Assembly (NCBI GenBank): GCA_002412065.1
Contig: GG730040.1
Coordinates: 2,311 to 66,310 of the forward strand
Direction of reading: 5' to 3'
Origin: Candidatus Parvarchaeum acidiphilum ARMAN-4
GTDB lineage: Archaea > Nanobdellota > Nanobdellia > Parvarchaeales > Parvarchaeaceae
Length of the DNA: 64,000 nt
Shown: piece after piece, positions 47,722-57,171 of the stretch
Layout: every line of letters starts with the position of its first letter
Numbering within the stretch: the stretch's first letter is position 1
Program-made: the position numbers and the translations under genes
Notes under the pieces: model-generated
The model's input: only the letters and a program-made list of their open reading frames with translations
Told to the model about the DNA's origin: nothing
The model's database searches: none

Positions 47722-47907
47722 TTAAGTCGTGAATGTTTTAAATTCCGCTTGCTTTTTGTTGATGTCTTTTTTATAAGTTTCATTGCTTACTGTATGGTTT
47801 TTAACCGTGAATGTCCTCCCGCAATAGAAGCATTTTACTTCTTTTAAAGCAGAAGTTTTTCTGTATTTACCGCATTTAGGGCACTTAACAATCCTGTAAA
47901 CAGTCAT
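47722..47907 (-). CDS. Small zinc-ribbon protein (DUF1922-like)
   Basis: YRIVKCPKCG...KCFYCG; ATGA overlap with minD. Confidence 0.72.
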   Translation of the reverse strand: MTVYRIVKCPKCGKYRKTSALKEVKCFYCGRTFTVKNHTVSNETYKKDINKKQAEFKTFTT

Positions 47908-48623
47908 ATTTTTATTAATTGCTTTGCTAGATTAGTTATATCCTTAGCAGCAAAGCTTTTTGGAGAAGACAAAACTAAAGGAACACCTATTTTTAATGCA
48001 TTATACACCTTTTTGTCATCCCTAATCCTCCATACGTTTTTTATTTCCATAAGGTCCTTTGTTTCTTTTTCTGTCATTTGATCTTTTATTCTGTTATTTA
48101 CTTTGTTTATTACAAGTCCAATTATATTGATATTTGCGTTTTCTAGTTCTTCTTTTAGTTTTTTAGCTTCTATTATAGAGGTTATATCCGGATTAGACAC
48201 TATAAGACTGCTGGCATTTTTGATTAGTTTTATAAAATTTATCTCATAAGACGGTCTTGAGTCTATTATTATGAAATCATATCTATCTTCAATCTTTTCA
48301 ATGTAACGGTTTATGTTTATTAGTTTGTTTGGCAGTCTGCTCTCTTCGGTTCTTGTTACCCTTGAAGGTAAAATGTGGAATTTGGGGTTATCTCCCATGT
48401 ATATGGCATTTTCAATTTCGGTTCTACCGTTCAATACATCTTCTAATGAGTACTTAAACCCAACAAAGCCATAATAAATCGCGACATGTGGAGTTTCTAG
48501 GTTTGCGTCTATAAGTAAGGCACTTTTATTTAATTCAGAAATAGCTGTAGCTAAGTTCACAGATGTAGTTGTTTTTCCTACACCGCCTTTTGGGCTCATC
48601 ACTACTATAATCTTAGCCGACAT
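47904..48623 (-). CDS. minD: MinD/ParA family ATPase
   Basis: Deviant Walker A KGGVGKTT, IDANL, IIDS, VINKV, GVPLV. Confidence 0.85.
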   Translation of the reverse strand: MSAKIIVVMSPKGGVGKTTTSVNLATAISELNKSALLIDANLETPHVAIYYGFVGFKYSLEDVLNGRTEIENAIYMGDNPKFHILPSRVTRTEESRLPNKLININRYIEKIEDRYDFIIIDSRPSYEINFIKLIKNASSLIVSNPDITSIIEAKKLKEELENANINIIGLVINKVNNRIKDQMTEKETKDLMEIKNVWRIRDDKKVYNALKIGVPLVLSSPKSFAAKDITNLAKQLIKI

Positions 48624-48655
48624 ATTAATAATAAAAGATGAACTAATTAATATTT

Positions 48656-49180
48656 ATGGATACTGAGAAAAAGTGCGTAATTTGTGGCCGAGAGGCAGTT
48701 TTTTACTCAGCATACCTAAAGCAGGATCTTTGTAAAAAACACTTTGAAAGAATGCTGATAAAAAGAGTTAAGTCAAACATGAATTCATATAAAATAAAAA
48801 ATCAGAATTTTAAATTAGGCAGCGAAAACAAATGTGGAAAAGAATTTTTAAAATTTGTTTTTAGGGGCATGGAAAGTGAGAATGGAAAAGAGTTATGTTC
48901 TTATACTCTGGAGGATTTTGCGATTTCAGTTATGAGCTTTTTTCTTTTTCATGAACCTTCTAATAAAAAAATAGAAGGCAATGAAAAGTTTGATCCGCTG
49001 TTTAATGTTTCTGAGAAAGAAATAATTAGCTTTTTTAGGCTAAAAAAAATCAAATTAAATGAAATAAAAAGGAACAAGAAGGAAGAAACGGTTCTCTCAT
49101 TTTTAAGAGACATAGAAGAACGTCGTCCAGGGGGCATGATTTCTTTAGTAAAAGCAGGGATAAACTTAGGAATTATTTAG
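48656..49180 (+). CDS. Degenerate TtuA/Ncs6 (tRNA thiolase)-like protein lacking the PP-loop
   Basis: CVIC...CKKHF Zn finger, TLED, PLFNVSEKEI, EERRPG; no SGGKDS. Confidence 0.65.
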   Translation: MDTEKKCVICGREAVFYSAYLKQDLCKKHFERMLIKRVKSNMNSYKIKNQNFKLGSENKCGKEFLKFVFRGMESENGKELCSYTLEDFAISVMSFFLFHEPSNKKIEGNEKFDPLFNVSEKEIISFFRLKKIKLNEIKRNKKEETVLSFLRDIEERRPGGMISLVKAGINLGII

Positions 49181-49418
49181 CTTTATAATACCTTTTATTT
49201 ACTGTGTTACCCCAACTAAAATTTCCAATTTCATTTTTATTCTCAACTGTCACCTTTCCCTCCTTTAATGCAAGGTACAAATAATGGTAGACAAGCCTGC
49301 TTGAAATTTTTCTCCCTGTTTTTTTGAGCGTTTTATATATCTCATAACCGGTTTTGTTGCCATTTGATAGCTCGGCTAATATTGCTTCCATAAGCTCTTT
49401 GTCTATTTTTCTTACCAT
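49173..49418 (-). CDS. Winged-helix (PadR-like) DNA-binding protein, start reassigned to 49418
   Basis: ILAELSNGNKTGYEIYK...SRLVYHYL...KRYY. Confidence 0.72.
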   Translation of the reverse strand: MVRKIDKELMEAILAELSNGNKTGYEIYKTLKKTGRKISSRLVYHYLYLALKEGKVTVENKNEIGNFSWGNTVNKRYYKAK

Positions 49419-49419
49419 T

Positions 49420-49926
49420 TTAGCTACATTGTGGCATCGATTCATTTATAGAAAGGCATATGTACTTTAATATATCATTATAAGCAGTTTGATTGTTTGC
49501 GAATCCGCCAACCTTATAGTACTTTCCATTAAATATGATCATCGGAACGCGGTTTATCCCTACCTGATTAAATATTGAAACTGCTGAATCTGGCAAGTTA
49601 TCAGTTGTATTGCTATTGTATGCAGATATATTAAATTTCCAAGCACAAAAATACCCACTGTAAAATGTATTGTTTCCCCATAAACCAAAAAGGGAAGTTA
49701 CATTTTGAAATGAATTCACAGTATCTGTGCAAGTTCTGCAATTATCAGCATAATAAATAATTAATGAAGGCTCATTCTGTGAGCATAGCCCTGACATGTT
49801 TAAGTTAGTTTCATGAAATGAATAAAAGTTGTTTAATGAATAAGTTTGGTAATAAAAGAATATCGCTATTATTAAAAGCACAACGATTATAACAGTATAC
49901 AAATAATATCTAAATCTAGTTAGCAT
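49420..49926 (-). CDS. Membrane-anchored thioredoxin-fold protein
   Basis: N-terminal TM, YYADNCRTC, RVPMIIFNGKYYKVG (cis-Pro loop). Confidence 0.75.
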   Translation of the reverse strand: MLTRFRYYLYTVIIVVLLIIAIFFYYQTYSLNNFYSFHETNLNMSGLCSQNEPSLIIYYADNCRTCTDTVNSFQNVTSLFGLWGNNTFYSGYFCAWKFNISAYNSNTTDNLPDSAVSIFNQVGINRVPMIIFNGKYYKVGGFANNQTAYNDILKYICLSINESMPQCS

Positions 49927-50811
49927 AAAATGAAATGTTTAATTTTTCTATTTCGTTTTGGCTGCAGCTGTTTCCTTTATTGACTATGCATATGTTAGTG
50001 TAATTGCCTAAATCCTTATAGACATAACTGTAGGCGGGGGATGAAAAATAAGAAGGATCAACTATAAGATTGAATATTTTTGAATAGCTACAGGAAGTTG
50101 CATTTATAAGTCTATAAACTTGAAATTGAAAAGGGCTGTATATCCCAGTTTCATTGTTATAATTGAAGATATGCCCGTTTCCCTTAAAAACAATGTTTAT
50201 AGTCATCTGTTTCATTTTTAATAAGGAGTTTATTATATCACTATAATTTGTGCTCCCTTTTGAATAAATTTAAGTCATATTTCAGTGGATTAACGATCGA
50301 ATAATTCTGTAATCCAGATGCGGCTATCTCAGAATAATATGCCTTCATCTGTGAATAAGTGATATTAAAAAGTTGTATTATCTCAGTAGAGTTAAGTTTA
50401 TTATCTATAAATTGGTAAAGCTGGCTTTCTGCAGCAGTGCAGTTTGTGTAATTTTCAACACTGCACATTGATACAAGAGAGATATCTCTTAATATATCGC
50501 TGTATTCTTTTTGTACTTCTGACGAATTTATGGGTATTGTCGGAGCAAGAGGTTCCATTTCATAAGTACACTCATTAAACGATTGAGTTGTTTGATAATC
50601 CCCCATAGAAATAGTATAAGTCTTTGTCCGATAGCATACTTAAATTTATATTGTAACTGGAAATAAAATCCCCAAGTTTTATGCTGTTTGAGAGATTTTG
50701 AGGCTTGTTTATAAAAGTCGGCTTAAAGGGGTAAACATACAATATTGCAGTAAAAGCTGCAAGTAATATAACCAATACAATTAGTACTTTTATTACGCCA
50801 TTACTTTCCAT
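49916..50811 (-). CDS. Membrane-anchored secreted protein split by two homopolymer frameshifts (near 50602 and 50260)
   Basis: Removing one G from G5 gives YFYGDYQT and one A from A4 gives LFKGSTNYSDIINSLLKMKQM, joining three track ORFs. Confidence 0.7.
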
Positions 50812-51598
50812 CAGCTAATTTTTCGCTTATTTTCTTTGCGGTTTCTTCTGGTGAATAATTTATTCTGTTTATTCCTAGAATATCAATAGGATCAATATTT
50901 CCAGACATAACTTCTATCTCAAAGTGTTCTGCTCCTGACTGTTTTATACAAAAAGTTATGTCCTTTTTGATTTTTTTAGTTATTTTAATCAAAAAGTTTG
51001 CTATATCAAACGCCAAAACATTATCTATTTCCTCTGCAGGAGTGTGTTTTATAGTCGTTATCCTGAGAAGCTCGTTCTTTTTCGGTGAAAATGGAGTATA
51101 AGCTATTAATTTCTCTGTTTTGTATACTTCTCTGTTGCCAGTATAGTTTAAGCTTTCACATACATGGCATTTTTCGGTATTATGCATTGGTACCGGCAAA
51201 ACAACTAAATCCCAGTAATCATGACCATTAACATACCTGCTTACAGAGATGTTCTTCCCTAAGTCGTAATTTTTCAATTCGTTAAGTCTCTCGCTTATTA
51301 TTATCAAAAGTTTCTCTATATCATCAGCAGAATAGCTTAAAAAGTTTGAAGAATGCTTTTCATTTTCTACAATTAATTCTTCGTATCCGTGTGCATTGGA
51401 GTGTTTAAAAAATGTTCCTTCCAACTGGTATTTAGAAGGCTGTACTCTATCTTTCACTTCATATATCTTTATATATCCTCCTTTAAACTCTATTGATTTT
51501 ATGCTATTTTTTAGCGGCATACATTCCCTGCAGCCAGCTTTTTCATTGCTTAGCAGGTCAAATGTCAGATCTACTGGGTCTAACCTAAACTCTTCCAT
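50801..51598 (-). CDS. Degenerate galactose-1-phosphate uridylyltransferase (GalT)-like protein
   Basis: EFRLDPV, AHGYEELIVENEKH, CHVC, AYTPFSP; catalytic HPH replaced by HDY. Confidence 0.62.
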   Translation of the reverse strand: MEEFRLDPVDLTFDLLSNEKAGCRECMPLKNSIKSIEFKGGYIKIYEVKDRVQPSKYQLEGTFFKHSNAHGYEELIVENEKHSSNFLSYSADDIEKLLIIISERLNELKNYDLGKNISVSRYVNGHDYWDLVVLPVPMHNTEKCHVCESLNYTGNREVYKTEKLIAYTPFSPKKNELLRITTIKHTPAEEIDNVLAFDIANFLIKITKKIKKDITFCIKQSGAEHFEIEVMSGNIDPIDILGINRINYSPEETAKKISEKLADGK

Positions 51599-53176
51599 TT
51601 AGCCCTCCAATCTCCCGATTATTCTTGCGTATGCTGGCCTTGTAATGAGCAAACCTATTAATGAAGCCAATATTGTGGTAAGTGCGAATCCTGCGAATAA
51701 ACTTGCAGTTGAAAACAGCAATGGGAACATTATCGCTGCGAAGGAAAAGAAGGAAACAAATATTATGAAAAAGGCCCTACTTATTCTCTTTTTAGTAACA
51801 GCATACTCTATTTGGGAAGAACCCCTTCTCATTTCATCAGTTATTATTATCTGGTCATCAACCGAGATACCTATGCTTGCTATTATACCTGCCATGCTTG
51901 GTATATCTAAAGTCCAATGTATTACTGCAGCTACGCCGATAACTATGAATATTTCCGTTATACTTGTTATAAGTATTAATGAAGATATCTTATAATCCCT
52001 ATATCTCAAAAATATTACTACACTTACAAGTATGAATGCAATTAAAAGTAAAACATATATCTGCTTTATAAATTGGCTGCCCGCAGTTGGCGAAACCGAG
52101 CTTATTGAAACTATTTTTAATGGGACTGGAAGGCTTCCAGATTGCATGACTGCTTGTAGGGTTTTCATGTCTGCAGTAGCCTGTTGTTGGTCTGTGCCGC
52201 TTCCTTCTATTGTTATTGCACCGTTAAAGTTTGTTAATATATTCTCCGAGATTAAGAGTGGTTGGCCCTGCTCTACCCCGTTTAGATATAAATGTATTCT
52301 TTTATTGAAGTAACCTGGGTTAGTAGTAGATGGCTTTAATGCTTTTACCGCATCTTCAAAGTTCTTTGCTGCGCCTGAAGCAAGCTGTATACCAAACTGG
52401 AATTGGTAGCCGTTTGATGCGCTTGGAGGTTGGTAAACCCCAAATGGACAGCCAGAAGAAAGACACACGTCTAATATGCTATCGCTTGAATTGCTACTGT
52501 TAAACACTGTAACATTTCCTATGGTTGCATAGAATTTACCCTGATTCTGTATCAATGATAAAGCCTGGCTTTCTCCTATATTTGGCATGCTTACCATTAT
52601 AAATGAATTTCCAGAAAGAGCTTGTACTGTGCTGACAGTAGTACCGCTTATGCCATATACATCCAATCTTTTTGAAAGAGTAGTTTCCAAGTTTGAAATA
52701 ATCGTAGAATTATAGCTTGTAGAGTTTGGGACCACCTCTATCTGTGTACCGCCTATTATGTCTAGCCCATAGTTCAAGTGGGTGTATGGAACGTTTTCTG
52801 TTTGTATTGTTGATGAATTAAAGGTTGTGTTCGGTTCTACGAATATGTGTGTTGTATTGCTTATAAGAATATACGGGAAAATCTCATTTTCATAGGTTAA
52901 ACTCAATGAAGTATTGACTATTGCGCTTTTGTTCAATTGTGCGTAGAATTGCTGGATGTTATGTACTGGAACTCCGTCTACAGCAGTTATTATAGACCCT
53001 GTTTGCAAACCTATAACACCTCTTGAACTCAAATTTCCTATGTATGAGTTGACAGGCATATACACTACCTGTGCACCATTAACATTTGTAAGATTTGGCT
53101 GTATTGCAAGGAAAGATACTACTACCAATACAATCATTAATATTATCCTCCAGTCATAAAAGATCGATTTTACCAT
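51599..53176 (-). CDS. secD: Preprotein translocase subunit SecD
   Basis: GLDIIGGT, RLDVYG, QSGSLPVPL, VSPTAG, IGISVDDQIIITDE, TRPAY. Confidence 0.93.
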   Translation of the reverse strand: MVKSIFYDWRIILMIVLVVVSFLAIQPNLTNVNGAQVVYMPVNSYIGNLSSRGVIGLQTGSIITAVDGVPVHNIQQFYAQLNKSAIVNTSLSLTYENEIFPYILISNTTHIFVEPNTTFNSSTIQTENVPYTHLNYGLDIIGGTQIEVVPNSTSYNSTIISNLETTLSKRLDVYGISGTTVSTVQALSGNSFIMVSMPNIGESQALSLIQNQGKFYATIGNVTVFNSSNSSDSILDVCLSSGCPFGVYQPPSASNGYQFQFGIQLASGAAKNFEDAVKALKPSTTNPGYFNKRIHLYLNGVEQGQPLLISENILTNFNGAITIEGSGTDQQQATADMKTLQAVMQSGSLPVPLKIVSISSVSPTAGSQFIKQIYVLLLIAFILVSVVIFLRYRDYKISSLILITSITEIFIVIGVAAVIHWTLDIPSMAGIIASIGISVDDQIIITDEMRRGSSQIEYAVTKKRISRAFFIIFVSFFSFAAIMFPLLFSTASLFAGFALTTILASLIGLLITRPAYARIIGRLEG

Positions 53177-53177
53177 A

Positions 53178-54113
53178 TCACACCTTAGCTACCTGTTTTT
53201 CTACCTCTTTAAATTTCAAGCCGTATAACTGAGTAGAACCATTTAATATCCAGACTGTAAAGTCATCAAATATAACTCCTATTATCAGTATTATTGCTAT
53301 TTCATGAAGAGTCGAATTAGTTGTTCCTAGGAACAGAATAAGAAATGTTACCAAAGCTGCAGCATCCATGGTAAGTGAAGTTTTTATGGTTTTAGCTAAA
53401 CGATAATGCATACTTGCTTCCTCTCTTTTCAATATGTTTGTTGCCAATATTATATTTCGATCTGCAGAATAACCCATTATCATAAGTATTCCTGCAATAG
53501 AAGCAGTTGAAAAGCTAAATCCTATAATGTCAAGAACCCCCACAATATTGATTACATCACTTATTATACTTATTACATTTGAAAATGCCTGCCACATGCT
53601 TCTAAAGTAGAAAAGAGAAACAGCTGCTACAAGCACGAATGCTATACCTAGCAATATCAAAGAGCTGTAAAGAGAGCTTTGAGCAAGCGTTGCACTTACA
53701 AAGTCTACGCTTGAATCTTTGCTGTTTACAGGTATTTTAAGTACGCTTGAAATGCTGTTTTCCAATAAAGTTGTATTTACATTCTTTCCAACGGTTATTG
53801 AATACCCTGTTATAGTATTTGTAAACGGCGCTTTTACGACGCTTACCGTGACGCTTTGTTTAAGATCTGTTCCCAAAGAGCTTGCTATCAGCGTAGGAGA
53901 AATACTTTGGTTTGTACTAATTACTATGTTTGTCCCTCCCGCTAGTGATATTCCTTCATTCACAATTTGGCCGTGAACATGGTAATAATAGCCTATAAAT
54001 GAAGCAAAAAATATAACGAAAATTATGGGTATAAATATCATTTTTCTATAGTTCTTAAGATAATATTCAACTACATTATCTATCGTTTTGCTCACCTCAT
54101 TTCTTATACCCAT
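53178..54113 (-). CDS. secF: Preprotein translocase subunit SecF
   Basis: GISLAGGT, VSATLA, IAGILMIMGYSADRNIIL, TVWILN. Confidence 0.92.
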   Translation of the reverse strand: MGIRNEVSKTIDNVVEYYLKNYRKMIFIPIIFVIFFASFIGYYYHVHGQIVNEGISLAGGTNIVISTNQSISPTLIASSLGTDLKQSVTVSVVKAPFTNTITGYSITVGKNVNTTLLENSISSVLKIPVNSKDSSVDFVSATLAQSSLYSSLILLGIAFVLVAAVSLFYFRSMWQAFSNVISIISDVINIVGVLDIIGFSFSTASIAGILMIMGYSADRNIILATNILKREEASMHYRLAKTIKTSLTMDAAALVTFLILFLGTTNSTLHEIAIILIIGVIFDDFTVWILNGSTQLYGLKFKEVEKQVAKV

Positions 54114-54178
54114 AAAGAATTTCTAAGCTCTGATTTTATTAATTCTTAATGTATTTGCGCTTTTAAAGGCTTTTTGTT

Positions 54179-54913
54179 CTATTTTTTAAAGTAGTATCCG
54201 TCATATAAAGCGTTGGCTTTTTCCTTGTCCTGTAGTGTGTAATACAACTGTAACATTACCCTTTTTAAAGGCTTTTTCCAGAGATTTTTTCCCTTTGTAA
54301 GATTGTAATCCAATAAAAATTCTTTATCATCATCATTTTTACAGTAGCTCCATATATTGTCTTTAAGCATGTAGATTTTGTATAATTCAACATCACCATT
54401 GTACTTTTTATCTTTCTCCTGTGTTATTGTCCTGCTTATAGCCCTTGCAACTTTATACCTTTCGTTCTCTGTCAAATGAGCAGCGTTTATCGAAAGAGAA
54501 AACCTTACCTCATCTAGGCCATTAAATATCTCATTTAGTTTAAATGAATTATATGCGTTTTCAACTATGTTTATTTTCTTTAGTATGTTCTTTTTTCTGT
54601 GTTTGAGTAACTCATCGGCCCTTGCTGTCTCCACCTCAATTATCTCACACACATTTTTGCCGTTATCGTTGTAAAGTAAAATAATGTCTGCGTTCCAACA
54701 ATCTATTCCGGGTTCCGTTAATAATTTTTTATTTTTGTAGTGTTTTCTTTCTTTATTATAAAGTCTCAATGGGTATTCTCCATCTGCATAATCTATATCT
54801 TTCTTTTTTTCGATATAAGAAAAAGTTGAAACCTGCATTAATTTATGGATTATAGAGGGATTTTGGTCTATAGTATTCGTTATCAGTAACTCTTCAAGTC
54901 CTCTCTTCCCCAC
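54179..54913 (-). CDS. Hypothetical protein, possible PD-(D/E)XK-like fold
   Basis: GTG start; ADIILL...EIIEVET. Confidence 0.55.
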   Translation of the reverse strand: MGKRGLEELLITNTIDQNPSIIHKLMQVSTFSYIEKKKDIDYADGEYPLRLYNKERKHYKNKKLLTEPGIDCWNADIILLYNDNGKNVCEIIEVETARADELLKHRKKNILKKINIVENAYNSFKLNEIFNGLDEVRFSLSINAAHLTENERYKVARAISRTITQEKDKKYNGDVELYKIYMLKDNIWSYCKNDDDKEFLLDYNLTKGKNLWKKPLKRVMLQLYYTLQDKEKANALYDGYYFKK

Positions 54914-54964
54914 ATGTAAAATAGACCATAAATAGTATAAATATCCTCTGCTTTTAATCTAAAT

Positions 54965-55618
54965 ATGAAAGGCCAGTTTTCATTTGAATTCATGATAGAT
55001 GTTGCATTTGTTTTAGTTCTAATAGCCTTCATAGCAGTTTTCTTTGCGCATATCTCCGCTGGAAATCCAACGGTTTCAGATATGAATGGGATTTGTTATG
55101 AGATGGCCGATTCAATAAATTCCATGGCAAACTCCAATGGTTTTCAAACTATACAGTACTTGCCGTTACTTACATTTACAAAACAGGAGAATTACACAAT
55201 AAACGTTTCAAATGGAATAATAATAATATATGAAAAGTCACTTTATGGAGGAAAATTACTTGCAGGGCAGGATTTAACTTCATGCGGTGCAGATACTGCG
55301 CTCACAGAAAATGAATCATTTGGTTTATCAAATCTTGTTTTGTATACAAACCAAACAAACATTGCATTGGCCTATGCTTATGCCAATTACTCCGGCAACC
55401 TCCCAAATTACATCTTTGTAGGCGGATTTACAGGTGCGGTTAATTTGTCATTGGACTATTCAAATGGTACTATCACTACATTAGATGTTCAGAATTCGCC
55501 ATTTACATACTTTGCAGATACAAAATCTATTCCATTACCGGCTGGTGTTTATAATTTTGTAGCAACTAGCGTGGCCTCTCCTGACATTTACGTCGATTTG
55601 CCTTTTTCAGTCGGTTAA
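54965..55618 (+). CDS. Class III signal peptide (minor pilin-like) protein
   Basis: MKG|QFSFEFMIDVAFVLVLIAF. Confidence 0.82.
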   Translation: MKGQFSFEFMIDVAFVLVLIAFIAVFFAHISAGNPTVSDMNGICYEMADSINSMANSNGFQTIQYLPLLTFTKQENYTINVSNGIIIIYEKSLYGGKLLAGQDLTSCGADTALTENESFGLSNLVLYTNQTNIALAYAYANYSGNLPNYIFVGGFTGAVNLSLDYSNGTITTLDVQNSPFTYFADTKSIPLPAGVYNFVATSVASPDIYVDLPFSVG

Positions 55619-55648
55619 TTTTATTTTTTTACTTTTTTAAAAGGTAAA

Positions 55649-55664
55649 CATAAAGCTTAAATAT
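55649..55664 (+). promoter_or_regulatory. BRE-TATA promoter of the probable major pilin
   Basis: CATAAAGC-TTAAATAT about 22 nt before ATG 55686. Confidence 0.55.
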
Positions 55665-55685
55665 GATTATTTTTTAATGTAACCT

Positions 55686-56162
55686 ATGGCAAAAGGACAG
55701 TCAGCATTAGAATACATGATGACTTATGGTTGGGCAATACTAATCATAGTTATCGTAGCTGTAATCTTGTATTCTATGGGAATTTTCAACCCTAGAGCAA
55801 GTGTAACTGCAACAAGTAGTGGGTTCAGCCCATTCGCAGCAAGTGCAGCAGTCTGCAGTAGCAGTAGTAGTAAATTAACAGTAGCTTTTACTGTTGGTGG
55901 ACTACCTAACGGAGCTTCTTCTGCAACCATAACTGGAGCAAGTTACTCGTCTGGAAGTGGAATTAGTCCGGCTATTAACTCTGGCACAGCAAGCCCAACG
56001 GTGGTGTCTTCTGGTAGCAGCTTTAATGTAACCTTCAGCACTGTAACATGTACACCAGGGGTTGGATTTAGTGCTTCTGGTGTAGTGAACTACTCCGTTA
56101 CAACAGCAGCAGGTACTGCAACTTACTCTGCAACAGGAACAATAGCAGGAACAGGCAGCTAA
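55686..56162 (+). CDS. Archaeal type IV pilin (probable major pilin)
   Basis: MAKG|QSALEYMMTYGWAILIIVIV; Ser/Thr/Gly/Ala-rich globular domain with two Cys; own promoter and terminator. Confidence 0.88.
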   Translation: MAKGQSALEYMMTYGWAILIIVIVAVILYSMGIFNPRASVTATSSGFSPFAASAAVCSSSSSKLTVAFTVGGLPNGASSATITGASYSSGSGISPAINSGTASPTVVSSGSSFNVTFSTVTCTPGVGFSASGVVNYSVTTAAGTATYSATGTIAGTGS

Positions 56163-56167
56163 AAATG

Positions 56168-56201
56168 ATTTGATTTTTTATTTTTTTATTTAATTTTTAT
56201 T
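56168..56201 (+). terminator. Oligo-T terminator after the pilin gene
   Basis: TTTGATTTTTTATTTTTTTATTTAATTTTT. Confidence 0.55.
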
Positions 56202-56224
56202 GCCTTGTTGATGTAACTGTTAAT

Positions 56225-56899
56225 CTAGTATTTTTGTTTTACACCGTACAGTATGCTTGTTTTAAAGTGGCTATCCAGTTTTTTCAAGTATTGTTCTGTT
56301 TTACTTTTAATTTTTCCCATGTTTTCAGAGGATAGCTTGAAATTGCTTATAGCATTAACAGGATCTCTTTTTTTCTTGTCGTTTATAGCTGAATTCGAAA
56401 AATAGCTAGAAAAGCTTTCTAAGGCCTCATTGACTTCATTTTTGTAAATAAAACTTGATATTGCGGTTATCCCTGCAATAGCTTCGATATAATTTTTTGA
56501 TTTAGATAATGCATACCTTGTGGCTTCAGATTCGGGGAAGGTTTTTGTAATGGAATAGTAATCTTTACTTATTTCAAGCAGTTTATAAAAATAATCGTTA
56601 ACGTTCTTATTTTTGTAGTTTATGCCGTGAGAATGGCCTAATTCATGATAAATTATAAATTTACAGCCTTCTTCTAATTCATTTAAATTCTTGTTTTCTA
56701 ATATAAAATACATCATGCGTTTCATTTTATTGGATATCCATATATTGTTATTTCCTAAAGAATACGCAATAGAATCACTGCAGTTTGGCAGCAAATTCCT
56801 GATAATTTTAAAGTCCTCCTCTATTCCAAGTTTTTTTGATATAAAATTACGATATTCCAAGTTATCTTTTAGCAAATTTGAAAGACTCTTGTTTTTCAT
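56225..56899 (-). CDS. Hypothetical HExxH zincin-like protein
   Basis: IIYHELGHSH followed by ESEATRYA. Confidence 0.65.
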   Translation of the reverse strand: MKNKSLSNLLKDNLEYRNFISKKLGIEEDFKIIRNLLPNCSDSIAYSLGNNNIWISNKMKRMMYFILENKNLNELEEGCKFIIYHELGHSHGINYKNKNVNDYFYKLLEISKDYYSITKTFPESEATRYALSKSKNYIEAIAGITAISSFIYKNEVNEALESFSSYFSNSAINDKKKRDPVNAISNFKLSSENMGKIKSKTEQYLKKLDSHFKTSILYGVKQKY

Positions 56900-57171
56900 T
56901 TGTTTTTTAGATTTAAACTGGTATAAAAATGTTTATTTTGCAATTAGAACTAAAAAGAACTTAGTATATAATTTATAAAATACTAAATAGCTTTTATAAA
57001 AGGAGAAATAATTTACAGTTATTTTTATGCTTTTCCCGATGATAGTTATACTTCTGTTTGTTATTGAAATAATATTGATAATACTGCCTTTTTATAAATA
57101 ATGCTTTTTTTATTAAAATTCTTAATTAAATTTGGAAAAGTTTAATAAGAATGATTAGTTTTAGATAATTA

